From Vicugna vicugna (taxonomy: Eukaryota), in assembly GCA_013265495.1 (NCBI GenBank), contig MU059175.1, positions 4,126,588-4,190,587 on the forward strand: a stretch of DNA of 64,000 bases, in the 5' to 3' direction. Shown here piece by piece: positions 34,941-46,869 of this stretch. Below the pieces are notes generated by a model. The model was not told where the DNA came from. It did no database searches and saw only the letters and a program-made list of their open reading frames with translations. The position numbers were made by a program, and so were the translations under genes. The first letter of the stretch is position 1; each line of letters starts with the position of its first letter.

Positions 34941-36419
34941 TTCTGTGTCCTTTTAGTTGTGACTTGAGCCTTATTCGAAAGCTCCATCTCAAAGGATCCC
35001 TGATGCTTTTCTTCTTAACAGAGCTCCTTATTTTCAGGCTGATGCATGACCACTTTGTTCAGGTTTGTCATGCTACCTGAAGTGATGTGTTGTTCTTCAG
35101 TTTAACGTCTTTGGTTTTGCTTGCAGTCACTCCATGTAAGTGGCTCCTGGAGTGTAAGCTGGGATCTTGCCGTCTTCCATCCGTGGCCCTTTGAGCACTT
35201 CCTTTGATGTTCACTTTGGCTGTTTCCATTTGAGTAGTAAAGGTTAACAGATGAGGTAAGGGCAGTTCTGCCCAGCGACCCATCTGGGAGTGGGATGTCT
35301 CCTCTAGAGAGTAGAGATTTGGCTGCCTTGCACAAGTATTGGAATGCTTTTCCAGGTATTTCCTGCCCTTTTGCGGTCTGAGTTTGTTGGATGCCAGAAA
35401 ATGAGATGGACTCCCTCCCTCACGTCAGACGTTTACCAGATAGTATGTTGGGCATCCAGCTGAGAGCTCTGAGCTCTCAAATGGGAGAAGGGATGAGGGC
35501 CCATTGAGCAGCTGAGATGGGAAGCTAGGAGGGGGAAGTAAAGGGCTGGTAAGATACGTACCAGACTGTCAAAGAAATTTGGCCTCCTTCCTGCTTTTCT
35601 TCCTATTCCCCCCACCCCCTCTGCCTTCAGCACCCTGGGGTTTTCCTCTTCAGGTATTCTGTCCCCTTGTACCCAAGTCTGTTTGGTAGGCTTGAAAGTA
35701 GTTTCTTTACCAGCATGTTAAGGTAGGATTGCCTCAGCAGCAGACTATACCAGAAAGTGTTTGTGCAAAGTGGCTTTCTTGGTGTGGTGTGGTACATACT
35801 AACCAGCTTCAGGCTTAATTTTAGTTCATAATTCTAGCTCTCTAAAATGGCCTAATCTCTTGTATGTTTTTAAGAGTGCAGAGCATTTAACATTAATTAC
35901 AGGTAACTGTCAATTTGTTGACCAAAGACCCCGTGTTAAGCACTATGCTAGGATCCGAGCAAATGCACACCATGTACTTTAATTATTATTTATCACAGAA
36001 TATCTATAGCGCATGGTTCTTAAATCGACATCTGAACATCACCATCAGCTTTTTAGCAAGAAAGTGTTCTGACTTGGTATCTGCTTAAACATTTTCATGT
36101 TACGCATTACTCAAATAGTCTTGTTTTGTCTGTTGCGGTAGTTTAAATATTTGGTACTTGGAACTTAGTATATGGAAGTTCTTGATCTGCTTGCTTGTAA
36201 GTTTAAGGCAGAAACCGGCTCACTTTCTTTCTTTCTTTCCTTCTTTCCTGCACAGCCTTGTCCATATGCAGGATCTTTGTGTGTATATCTCTGTTAATTT
36301 GAATATTCTGAGTTACAGTGATTGTGACAGCTTGACCTTAGTACAAATTAGAAAAGTGCTGTTAGAAAGAACAAGAGACTAGAAAACAATTAGAAGGTTA
36401 GTGTTTTAAGAGCAATATT

Positions 36420-36600
36420 CTACTTTGCATAGTGTCTTACCACAATTTTTATAAGCCATTGTTTTATCCATTAACTTACTTCTTAGGAAAGCCCTGTCTG
36501 CTAGGCAGACTGGGGAAAATCTATACTTTATAAATGAGGAAAGTCACAGAGGTTAAAAATGTGTCAAAGATCACAAACTACCAAGAAATACAATTAAGAC
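36420..36600 (-). mobile_element. MIR fragment
   Basis: TTTTATAAATGAGGAAAGTCACAGAGGTTAAAAATGTGTCAAAGATCACAAAC. Confidence 0.55.
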
Positions 36601-38869
36601 TCAGCAGCTGCCAACTTCTTTTCTTCATGTGGGCTTTTACTTTTAGTCTCCTCTGTTTCAACATCCTCATTAGTTGTCTGTTAGACTTGGACCTGGAAGC
36701 GCGATATTTGCCTCCCAAGGTCAATTCCCAGCCCTAACTTTGGTTGATGGCGGAAGCTTAAACTCCAGATTCCTCCCTTGCCCCCATGCAATGTAGAAGT
36801 GAAGCTTGTCTTCTCTTGACCTTGATTGACCCGGCCATCTCTTAAGTCGTGAAGAACTAAATTGAAGCCTTCATTTTAATACAAATGGATGCAGTTCATT
36901 CTGATACTTCAGATAAGGAAAACAGTAGCTTTTACCCGGGAGTTGCTGTGTATTATAATGATAATTTTGATTTGAATACCGACTGATCCAATGCGCTCAT
37001 TTCTGTAACCTTGGCCCTTAATGAAGAATATAATAAGAATCTTGGTGTGGTCCAACATAAGGAATCTGAGCTAAGAGGTGTACTTCTTGTCTGAAATTCA
37101 TGTATTCTAGAGGTTTTTTTTATAAGGTCATAGTAAATTGACCAAAAAGATAACGAGAAACTGATAATACAAAGATCCATAAGGACTCAATACTGAATAC
37201 TTTGTCCAATTGGAGGTGTTTTAGTCCTTGGACAGCCATTATTCCAAGTTTATTAGGCTGAAAGCATATCTTAAGGGTTAGTAACAATCAGGTGTCAAGG
37301 GGAGAACACAAATACTTGTCAGCGTTTAAATACAGTGTGAGCATTTCAGATTCTGTTTAGTAAGTTCTCTGTTGTTTGGCTACTTTCTTGTTTTGGAATC
37401 TCATCCTAGATTAGTAAACAAATAGAAAATACTTAATGTCAAATGTTAGTCTGTTCCCAGTTCATGTTTTACAGTACAGCCCTGGAAGAGAAGAGATTGA
37501 CCTAGGTTACATCTGAGGGTTAGCAGAATGGGCAGTATGCTTTGTTCTCTGAGGAACTCATACCTCCCTACCTTATTATAGAGATTGGACTGGAAGTTCA
37601 TGAGGATTTTTTTTTTTTTAAGGAAAATTACTGTGGATTCTGGGGGAAAAAATCAATAGCGTTAAAGTAATACTTTGCAACCGTAAAGATTTGCAGTTGA
37701 TAGAGGAAATTTAACATGTCCTATAAACCCCTGAATTTTTAAGTTCTTCTGGCTTTTTATTTTTAGCTGTGGCTTTTAGTTAACAAGAAGAGGTGGAAAG
37801 TGTATTTTCTCTTGTCTCTGTCTTTCAGTGCTCTGCTACTGCTTTCAGTGCTGAGAGACCTCTCATCTCAGTTCAGGAGATCCTTGGGAGACCATGCATT
37901 GGATGGTGGTATCCCTTGCTCTTTTTAGACCTCTCTTTCCAGAGAATTCTTTATTTCTAGGGCATTGGAAAGAATGGTGAGTCAGTTACCTTAGGATTTT
38001 AACCAAGTTCTGCTTGCTGTGATACTGCCAAATGGACCTAGGAACAGTTCTGCAGTTCTTTGAAAACTTACACCAGAAACAAAATAGCAGCTTTGGGGTC
38101 ATGGAAGAATGCATTCAGCCTACCCTGTAGTGGTTCCTCCCGTCAGCCACCTCCCAACTGGGGCGTTTACCGCACTGGTAAAGCAGCCAGTCTTCAGGCC
38201 CAGGGGTCGCCTTGTCCTACTGCCTGCCCAGCTCTGCAGGTTTGAAACACATTTTCACAGGAATCTATTTGGATGAAGCTGAAGGCGGCAGGAAAAGTGT
38301 GAAGTAAGACCTCTTTACGCTTGTATTCTGTCCCTATTTACCCTCTGTTCTAACTCCAAAATGTAATTGGTGGTATGTCATGAGACAGTGTTAAGAGAAG
38401 ACGACCTTGACAATTTTTAACACTAACTCAAGGACTTGTGGTACAATGCAAAGTAATTTTTATCTTTTTGTGTGTAGATCACCCACTCCCCCACCCTCAC
38501 CTCCCCCAAATCCTTATGATAAAGCACTTATGTACCCCTCCCCTTTTTTCTGGTATCAGAATATTTTCGTTAGGTCTGAATTAACTTTCTCCTCAGTCCC
38601 TAGGAGGGACAGGATGCACTTAATTCTGTATGGACAGGATGGCTTTCTAGTTAGTCCCAATCCAGAGTAATATAACCTTCCAAAATAGATCTCCTTTTAA
38701 GAGGGCTTTGAAGATATATGATGTCATATTAGGATATATAGCAACACAGAATTGATGCTTTTTTGTTTTTTTTTGGTAGGCTTATTTCTTGGAATATTTC
38801 ATAGACAGTTAGGTCTAACATTAAAGATCTGGAGTTTAAATGAAGATGATATGTCAAAATGAGTTAAGA

Positions 38870-40330
38870 TTAATTCACCCCGCTCCAGCCCATCCTTAGT
38901 ATATGTCTGTGCTGCGTCTGCTGTGACATTTTCAAGCATTTTACACCCGGGATGCTTGTCATTTCTATCCTCCCACCCACTTGCCAATATTTTGGTCTTC
39001 TGAACCTCTCTGTCATCATGGTAGAAAAGCTGTACACCCATCAGCGTGTTTGACCTTTATGCTGTGATGTTTTACTTGAGGTCCTGCCCTTGCAGGGACC
39101 AGTACATTCAGGCCAAAGAGTAGTGCCAGTGGTGGGAGAACTGCAGAGAACATGGTCCATTTGAAGGGCAGCCTGCTGGCTAATAGCTCTGTGGGAATGT
39201 GTCCTCTGTTGCCAGTCTCTCTGTTTGTTTTTTAAAAGGGAAGTCAGGAGTTTTTTTTTCGTAAGTGTGAACTTGCTAAATTGGTAAAGTTTTAAATGTT
39301 GAATACTACTGATTGAAAAAAAAAAAAAAGATAACAGGTCGACCAGATAATACACATTTGCAGATTAAACCCACCTCCTGGCGTCCAGTTGTGATTCTGG
39401 CCTGAAGATCTTGAGGAGCGTTCATTGCCTGACTGCTTGTTTCCATCTATCTCTTGGCTTTCCTCCAAGAAGCATGTGCATGATCGTATGTGGTAACTAA
39501 GGACTAGTTTTTGGCACCTTTCTTTATTCCTTCTTTTAGATGTGATCCTGTAACGTCTTTTTGACTTGGTACATGAATTAAGCAAGTCTGTTGCTGTCTT
39601 TTATTTTTGGTTTTATTAACTCCGATGATCTGACTTGGCCATTTATTTGAATGCATAATACTTTAATTAGGAAGACTTTTTCACTCCCTCCCCCCAGATT
39701 TTCTTCCTGCTGCTCAGAGCCACTGTTGGGTCTTGTTCACAATGCCATTTGGTGTATGATGAACTCTATACCACAAAGTATGTCAGAAGTGGCCACCTGG
39801 CTGTTGTCACTTCTGTTGGCCACATTGAGTAGGTCTTCGTTAACGTGTAGCCAACCTTGACAGATAAATTAGAGGATTCATTTGTTTGCATTTTGGTCAG
39901 TTCTTATTATAGGAAGCCAGTTGTCTTTGATCTCAGCAAGTCAAGATACGGGTCATTTTCAATTAGAAGAAGAAGTTACTTTGGCAAAATACTGCTGTCT
40001 TGGCCAGTGATGCATAGTAATTGTTCTTTCTTGATCTGATGGCAGTGAAATTTACTCCAGTAAGTGTTCACACGCAGTGGAAGTTTTCTCCTTGCACTTA
40101 ATTTGCTACTCCTGCTTCTGTCACCACGATTGCCTTCCCCCTCGTACTTGCTCTTCTTGAAATACAGAATGAAGAATAGTATCCTGATTCCTCAGCTCAG
40201 TTCCAAGGCCCGCATTCCCCCGATCTTCGTTGTGACTCTTGGGCTTAAGCCTGACACACGATGGCTTGAAGAAGCTTGCTCCAGTGGGGCTGAGGGTATA
40301 GAAAATCACATTTTGAAGCTGTTCTACTTA
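38870..40330 (-). mobile_element. Possible second ancient RTE-clade LINE relic
   Basis: High-complexity, purine-rich minus strand with a GIKKG peptide (39513-39531; compare RT GVRQG) and R*WVYSFSTMMTERFRRPKYW (around 38990-39047; compare RLRWxGHVxRM). Weak, by-eye similarity. Confidence 0.28.
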
Positions 40331-41709
40331 CAGTGATGATCTCGACCAGAGATTGGCAATCAAAATCAAGACAAGGAACTCTTTAAAATATGTCTGAGGG
40401 TATCCTTGAGTAGATCTCCACTCTCTTTACAGAAAAAGAGGGGAAAATTTGGGTTTGGGGCCGTAGCTTCAAAGAATGACTTGAGGATTCTTTTTGTTTG
40501 AATCCATCTGAGATTAAAGTAGTAGATGATGGTGAAAATTTCTTACCTTTTAGACTGGTCTGAAAGAGATCGCAGTCATAAGTGCTCTGGGCTAGAATAT
40601 TGCTTATTACATAGTAGGTACTTTGTGAAAGTCTTGTCAGTGGTAAAATACTGTATATTTACTACCAAGAAAAGTACATAATAAATCTACTTTACTGGGA
40701 GGGTTCTTTAAAGAAACTTACTCTTTATGTGGGATAAAAGTAGAGCAGAAAATGGGTACCAATAAACTCTTAGCAGCCCTAAATCAGAAGAACTTTACAA
40801 CTTGTGCTGCTTCTTTGTAATTTCAAATTTTCATAATCGGGCAGGAATCTATTTTAATGTTTAAATGGGAAAGCTGTGTGCAGTCTCCTATTATCCTCTA
40901 GTGTTTTAAGCATTGGGAAGCAGAATGCTTCATTTCTGCTCAAATAAATATCCAAGCTCACATGTTTAAGTTAGCGGTGGTAGTTTCCATGGCAGCAGTG
41001 ACTTTGCCCTTTTATCTTTTTCTTAGATAGCGCAATATTTAGCATAGGTCATCCGGAGAGATTATTATTCCTGGCTATGGGTTCTTAAAGACTGCCTTAC
41101 GGGCCTTTGACTTCTCTGGGTGCAGGTGTGTTCCAGAGATGCTCCAAGGGGGCTGGGGTGGGAGGTGTAAGTCTTTGTGTACTCTTACGTTCCTAGCATC
41201 TAGCGCAGTGTGCCTGTCACATCCAGTGAATTATGGATGTTGCTTTTCTGGCCCTGGGAGGTTTCTTCTGGACTCCAGCTTCCTGAGACCTGGGCTGGGC
41301 TTGAAGAGAAGTATTAACTCCTGATGTGGTCTTGGTTTTTCACATTGGTGGTAAGGTTTGCTTATTTTGAACTCTGATGTGATGACAATGGACCACTCTT
41401 ATCTTTGTCTCTCTTTTCCTTCCTGAGGATTGCGGTGTTCTAACAAAGGCTTGCAGCTAGAAAATTTTTTTTCTAAAAAGATGATTCAACTTGATGCTTG
41501 GGCTTGTATTATAATACACGAATTAGTAGGTGTATCTGGAAAAGGGTGGGTGTGTGTGTGTATGTGTGGTGGGGAATGACAGCTAACATAAATTTATACC
41601 GTCTTTCCCCTTTATTAACAACCTGAGGTCACTTTGGCTCCCCTGGGTATATAGATTTGCAATGGAAGGTTTCCAACTTGGCAGGGAATGTAAAACCTCA
41701 GGAAAAAAC

Positions 41710-41711
<2 letters not shown>

Positions 41712-41764
<53 letters not shown>

Positions 41765-41779
41765 TATATATATATACAT
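41712..41779. repeat. (TA)n-(CA)n-(TA)n compound microsatellite
   Basis: About 22 TA units, then CA and TA units, seen directly. Confidence 0.95.
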
Positions 41780-41809
41780 TACGCATTTATTGCTGAAGAG
41801 ACAAAGGTG

Positions 41810-42260
41810 AGTGTGGGCTAATAGAAGCTCAAAGGAGGAGTATCTGGCTCAACTCAGCGGTTCACAGAAGGCTTCCTGGAGGCGTTGTGCCTCCTTTTCA
41901 TGTGCTGAGGATGTTTCCATTACCAGAAGAAAGGTAGTGAGGCTTTTTCAGGCAGAAAAGAGAGCGTGAGTAACAGTGGGAAGCAGCCTGGGTGTGGGAG
42001 GAACCGCTGGGAGATTGTTAGAGCCTCGTGCGTGTGGTGAGCAGTGGTGGGCATGCCCGCCGTGGCAGGCGATTGGGAGCCAGGTCAAGTCCAATGATGC
42101 CTCGCTGTGGAGCTGAGATGTTACTTTGTAGGCAGTGTGGGGTCAGCAAAGGCCTGAAAAAGAGAAATGGTTGTTTTTAGGTAGATCACTATAGCAGTGG
42201 GGTGGAGGCTGGATTGGACAAGGGACAAGCCTGGAAGCATAGATCATGTGGGAGGCTTCA
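41810..42260 (-). mobile_element. L2 fragment
   Basis: AGAAGGCTTCCTGGAGG...TTTACTTTGTAGGCAGTG...GTAGATCACTATAGCAGTGGGGTGGAGG. Confidence 0.6.
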
Positions 42261-42269
42261 GATGGAGTC

Positions 42270-42425
42270 TCAGCACTGGTTTCAAATCCCAGTGTCTCTA
42301 TTTAATAGCTGTATAGACTCCTTGAGGTTTTGAAATCCTCATTGGCAGATGGAGGATAACGTATACAAGTCATAGTGTGTGAGAGGGTTAAATGCGATTT
42401 TTGTTTGTAAAATATGTAGCTTCTG
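42270..42425 (+). mobile_element. MIR fragment
   Basis: CTGGTTTCAAATCCCAGTGTCTCTATTTAATAGCTGT...GAGAGGGTTAAATG. Confidence 0.55.
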
Positions 42426-43181
42426 GCCTTGCCCGGAATTAGGAATCCATAAGTGCTATTTTTCCTTCTCTTTTCCTTACCGTCTTGGCAGTCATAGTAT
42501 TCACTGAATTCTACTACAAGAGGCAGTCAGGTCATCCAAACCACTTTCTTGTAGCAAAAGATACTCAAGTTGTGTAGAGAATTCAGGAAGATACCGTACT
42601 TATTTTTATTTTCTTTTTATTAAATACGGTCTTAAAAGTTAGTGCAGGCTTAGAAAATGCTTAAATTCAGGTCATTTTGAAAATCATGATAGGAGAAAGA
42701 CAGTGGGAGTCTGTACAGTTGTGTATGGATGTATATGGATGATTTCCCTGGTCTGTGAGTTGCAGAGACTGACTGTGTGTTACAGCTCAGTGTGCAGATT
42801 ATTAGTCTAGAATGCCTTGCACAATCACAGATGAGACTTCTGCCTTCCCTTTCTGCCTTGAATTGTAAATAATAAATCTGTATGTAAGTAGAAGATGCTT
42901 GTGTTATCCTTGGAGTTCCTAGCAAAAGGAACAGTGAGGTAGCAGTTTCTTAAGAATTAAAATTCCAAGAGGCTGAGCAGGAGATCAGGAGAAGACGGAG
43001 TTGGGGAAAATGGAAGTCATGTGTGCTCTCGGGGTGGGGAGCAAGGGTCCTGTCCATGTTAAAGTAAGGTAAAGTGAAATAGACAGGGCTGCAATGCTGA
43101 TATGAAACATTTAGGCTCTTGGTACCATATGTACTTAAATATGGAATATATGGATGTCAGGGTTTGAAAATTGCAGCTTTG

Positions 43182-43232
43182 TAAGTAAAAATTCTAATTC
43201 TCCTTGATAAGTAAAAATTCTAATTCTCCTTG
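43182..43232. repeat. Exact 25-bp tandem duplication (period 26)
   Basis: TAAGTAAAAATTCTAATTCTCCTTG at 43182-43206 and 43208-43232. Confidence 0.95.
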
Positions 43233-43940
43233 GTCACTATTTGTGACCATGTGCTACATGTTTAATGCAGCATGTGCTTCAGAAGCCCTGCACACAAGTC
43301 GGTCATGATTGGGCAGCCTGCAAACCTGTCTTCCTGTCCACAGTGTTCCCTCTTCATATTAAGAGGCTCCCAACACAGCTCTGCATCCTTGTTGCTCATT
43401 TAAATATGAAAAACAAAAACAAAAGCAACTGTGCCTTAACCTGAAAGACAGGTAAGCAAATTCTCTGTGCTAACACTTTACGATGCATCTTCCTTTGTCC
43501 AACAGCAATGATAATAGCTCCTAATATTCACTTAGCACTTCAGATTTTGTAAAGTGCATTGAAACATTATTTGTCTAAATTATATGTATATAGTTGAAGC
43601 TTTTAAAGAAAACAGACCCCACCCTCTACCCTCTCTCCTTCTTACCAGAGTGGAAATAATTCAATGGCTGGACGTGTGTATGTGTGTGTGTCCCTGTTTA
43701 AAATCTAGTCTGTGATTACACGTGTCCCCTTTCCCCACTTCAACCCCTGGGAGGTAGATATTGCTTCTCTTTAACTTTTGGAGATACATATGTACATACA
43801 TAAATAGGTTCTATATACACGTAAATGCTCACACACTTGCTTCATTGTTTGCTTATTCTGTGTGTGTGGCGGGGTGGGAGTGGAGGTGGTTAGCCCCAGT
43901 GTACTTCTAGAAATCCTGAAGCATTTATTTAAAATATACT

Positions 43941-44000
43941 TTACTTAGTGGTAACTTACTTAGTGGAACTTTACGAAGTGGTAACTTGCGAAGTGGGACG
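43941..44000. repeat. Diverged minisatellite, 4 x 15 bp
   Basis: TTACTTAGTGGTAAC / TTACTTAGTGGAACT / TTACGAAGTGGTAAC / TTGCGAAGTGGGACG. Confidence 0.85.
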
Positions 44001-44777
44001 TCTGAGAGAAGTTGAAGTGACAGCCCTTGGCAGGGAACACAATCACCTTGACTCCTTTTCCTGTTACGTATTCCACTGGGGGTGTGTGTCCACAGTGGAT
44101 ACAATAAGCAGGTTCTGAGTCAGCGGGTTAACCAGAAATTTCCTTGCCATTCTCTTCTTCGGGTTCCCTCTCCCAAGTAGAATCACTAGAAGTAAAAACA
44201 ACACTTTAATTGAATGCCGATTCTTGTTCCCTCTTGAAATGTAGTAAATAACCAGGAGCTTAATTACCATAAGAAGTCACAACTGTAGGAAGCTTGTTTT
44301 TTCTAGCTAGGATGTAACTTTTAGAGAAAGCTGCCTTCTGGGGAGGGAGGGCAAGAGGATGAACCAAAGGAAATAAAGTGTCTTTCTTAGTGTGAATCTT
44401 GTTTTTTAAGATGCTCCAACTTTCCATACTAAATAATTCACAGTCGAGTTTCTAAATCAAAAGTACATCTCTCTTGGGAGTCTTAGGACTTTAAACATCA
44501 GCTGAAAAGAAGAACACATTTCGTAGGCGAATACCAGTGAGATGTTCCACTTTTCAGAGAAGGCAGGAGCTGGCCATCTGTGTTGATCAAGGTTCACACT
44601 CTCAGCGCTACAGTGAGTGGACAGTAGGAGAGCCTCTTGTTCCAGTCTCCACATGGCATTAATGAACTACAGGATTTCAAATGTCTGAGGGTAGCTTCTC
44701 TTTATTTTCAGTTTCTTTGAAGTTCAATAAAAATATCCTTAGTCTCCCAGCACTATGAAGGAAATATACCTTGCCCT

Positions 44778-44880
44778 ATTTTTTTTTTTATTGAAGTACC
44801 ATCAGTTACAATGTGTCAATTTCTGGTGTACAGCACAATGTCCTAGTCACGCATATACATATGTATTCATTCTCGTATTT
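44778..44880 (-). mobile_element. Short L1 3' end
   Basis: Poly(T) + ATTGAAGTACCATCAGTTACAATGTGTCAATTTCTGGTGTACAGCACAATG, same subfamily as 34505-34626. Confidence 0.85.
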
Positions 44881-46346
44881 TACCTTGTTCTATTGACATT
44901 TTATTTTGTTATAACCAACTGTAGTTTTTGGTTTTCTGTATGTAGTAAATCTTGCTAGATGACAGTGAAGAGTAAAATAACCTTAGTGGTCAGATGGAGT
45001 ATTGTGGCCCTTTATAACACTTGAGCATTAAAAAACAGTGTTTGTGACTCTAAACTTCCTGTGTCTTTTATATTCCCTTTAAGACAGTCATACTTTTCTG
45101 TTTTGGAGCTCGAATATGACAGTATTTTACTGTCTGTATCCTACAGAGGAGCTATGTTTTTAATCTACCTAATGAAAACGCTCAACTACTGGGATTAATT
45201 TGAGAATTTCTAATCAGCCTTTCACAATCTGTGCTACCCGGAGGGGGCTCCCGTTAGCTGTGACTTTTGTTGAAGAATGCAAAGTTAATCCAATTTCTTT
45301 GTTGGTGACTATGTTAACTGTCTTAGTTTAGCAATTCAAATTTATCTGCCAATACCAAACAAGAACTCTGCTACAAAACTGTGGGGGTAGGTGATTTTAT
45401 TCTTAATATATTCATATCCTTCTTTAGATTCTGTAGCCAAATAATGGCCTGGAAATTAATAATGGGTATTATTCCTAAGGTTGGAATGATTAATCACTAG
45501 AAGGTAGTGTATTCCAGCCTGTCACCAAGATAGTTAACCCCTGACTTAACCTTCATCATTGTGGAGGTGCATAAATGTCCCCTTTGAAGAACATAGGTTT
45601 TAATGTTTAATTTTATTTAACAAAATTAATTTATTCTCATTACCTTCATCTGCTTTGTTTTTCAACTTTGGCAGAGGTGGGGGGAACTTTTGAGATTTTA
45701 TTTTGGATTCTGACAGCTTTAAGGGAGCTCTCATATGTTACAAATCAATTTCTGATGTACTTGTACTCTTAATAGTTGCATCTTTCCAGTTACTGATTTT
45801 TAAAAATTTTGAATTTGCTGTGAAATAAATAACTTGCTGAATTCTCTAAAGAATCCATACATAAAGTGAATAACTCTTCATTTAATATTTATAAACTCAG
45901 ATTTTCATATGTGGGGTTTTCTTAAGGAGATTCTCCCTGCTCCCATAAGACAAACCTTCTCTATAGAAGCTAATCCTTCATCATCCTGTATTAGTGTCCA
46001 GAAGTTAATAATGAGTTAGTGGTTTGTTTGAATGTGAGCAGTTAGAAACTAAACCAGTTTCTTGATAATGGATTTAAATAGTTTACTGATGTAATTAAAG
46101 TTGCACATTAGTAACATGTTTACGTGGGTGTGTCGGTGTGTCTACTTTTTCCCTGATGTCACCGTGATTGGAGTCACCTGTTACCCTACACCTTGGTCGC
46201 TACAGTTTTGTGACTGATCCTCTGGTTTCCAAAGTTGCTGAGTCTTCCCACACAAACGTATCCAATTTATTTTCACAATAGCCACATACTATTTTCCTCA
46301 AAACCTTCAAAGAAACTATGGTTTCTTTTATTCTTATGGTGGCCTC

Positions 46347-46868
46347 TGGTGGGGTTTAGGACACACTACCCAAAATATGGCACCTTGGCATATTGAATGT
46401 CCCAAGCCGAAGGAGTTTGAGAAAACAGCATAAGCAGAATGGTCATTCTGACCTTCTCCCTCTCCCTTCTTCCCTGAAGCAGGTAGTAAAAAAATCCCTT
46501 GTGAAAGGTGCCTCCTCCTTATCGCCAGTACAGGGATTTGGGGCTGAGAAATCTGTACAAGCAAACCTTGTTTAATCCTTACCTTCCTAGTTTACTTCCT
46601 CATCCTTTGATCACTTAGTACCCCCAGCCCAAACCCCTTTGTCTTGTCAATTCTTCACAATTTTATTGTTTCTTTATCTAAAAGGTATGAAAACTTACTG
46701 TTCGAGTCACTTCTTTGGGTCTTCATTCTCTGGCGAAGGCTCCCGTGTACATGTACAAATTCAATAAAATTTGAACACTTTGCTCCTGTTAATTTGTCTT
46801 TGACAGTTCAATTTGTGAACCCAGCCAGGACCCTCAAGAGTGCTGAAGAAAATGTTTTCTCTCCTGCA
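46347..46868 (+). mobile_element. ERV1-class solo LTR, MER34-like, sense to ELAVL2
   Basis: TGGTGGGGTTTAGGACACACTACCCAAAATATGGCACCTTGGCATATTG...CCCAAACCCCTTTGTCTTGTC...AATAAA (46763-46768)...CTCCTGCA. Confidence 0.75.
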
Positions 46869-46869
46869 T

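Noticed and set aside
34492-34949. TTTTCTGTGTC direct repeat as TSD of the L1 pair
   Set aside because: The left copy does not abut the poly(T), and the right copy may be L1 sequence itself, so it is likely coincidental.
41804-41812. Strong donor AAG|GTGAGT
   Set aside because: No convincing acceptor upstream. It is bounded by a TA microsatellite and an L2 edge.
43941-44000. CRISPR-like repeat array
   Set aside because: Contiguous 15-bp units without spacers in a mammalian intron. This is a minisatellite.
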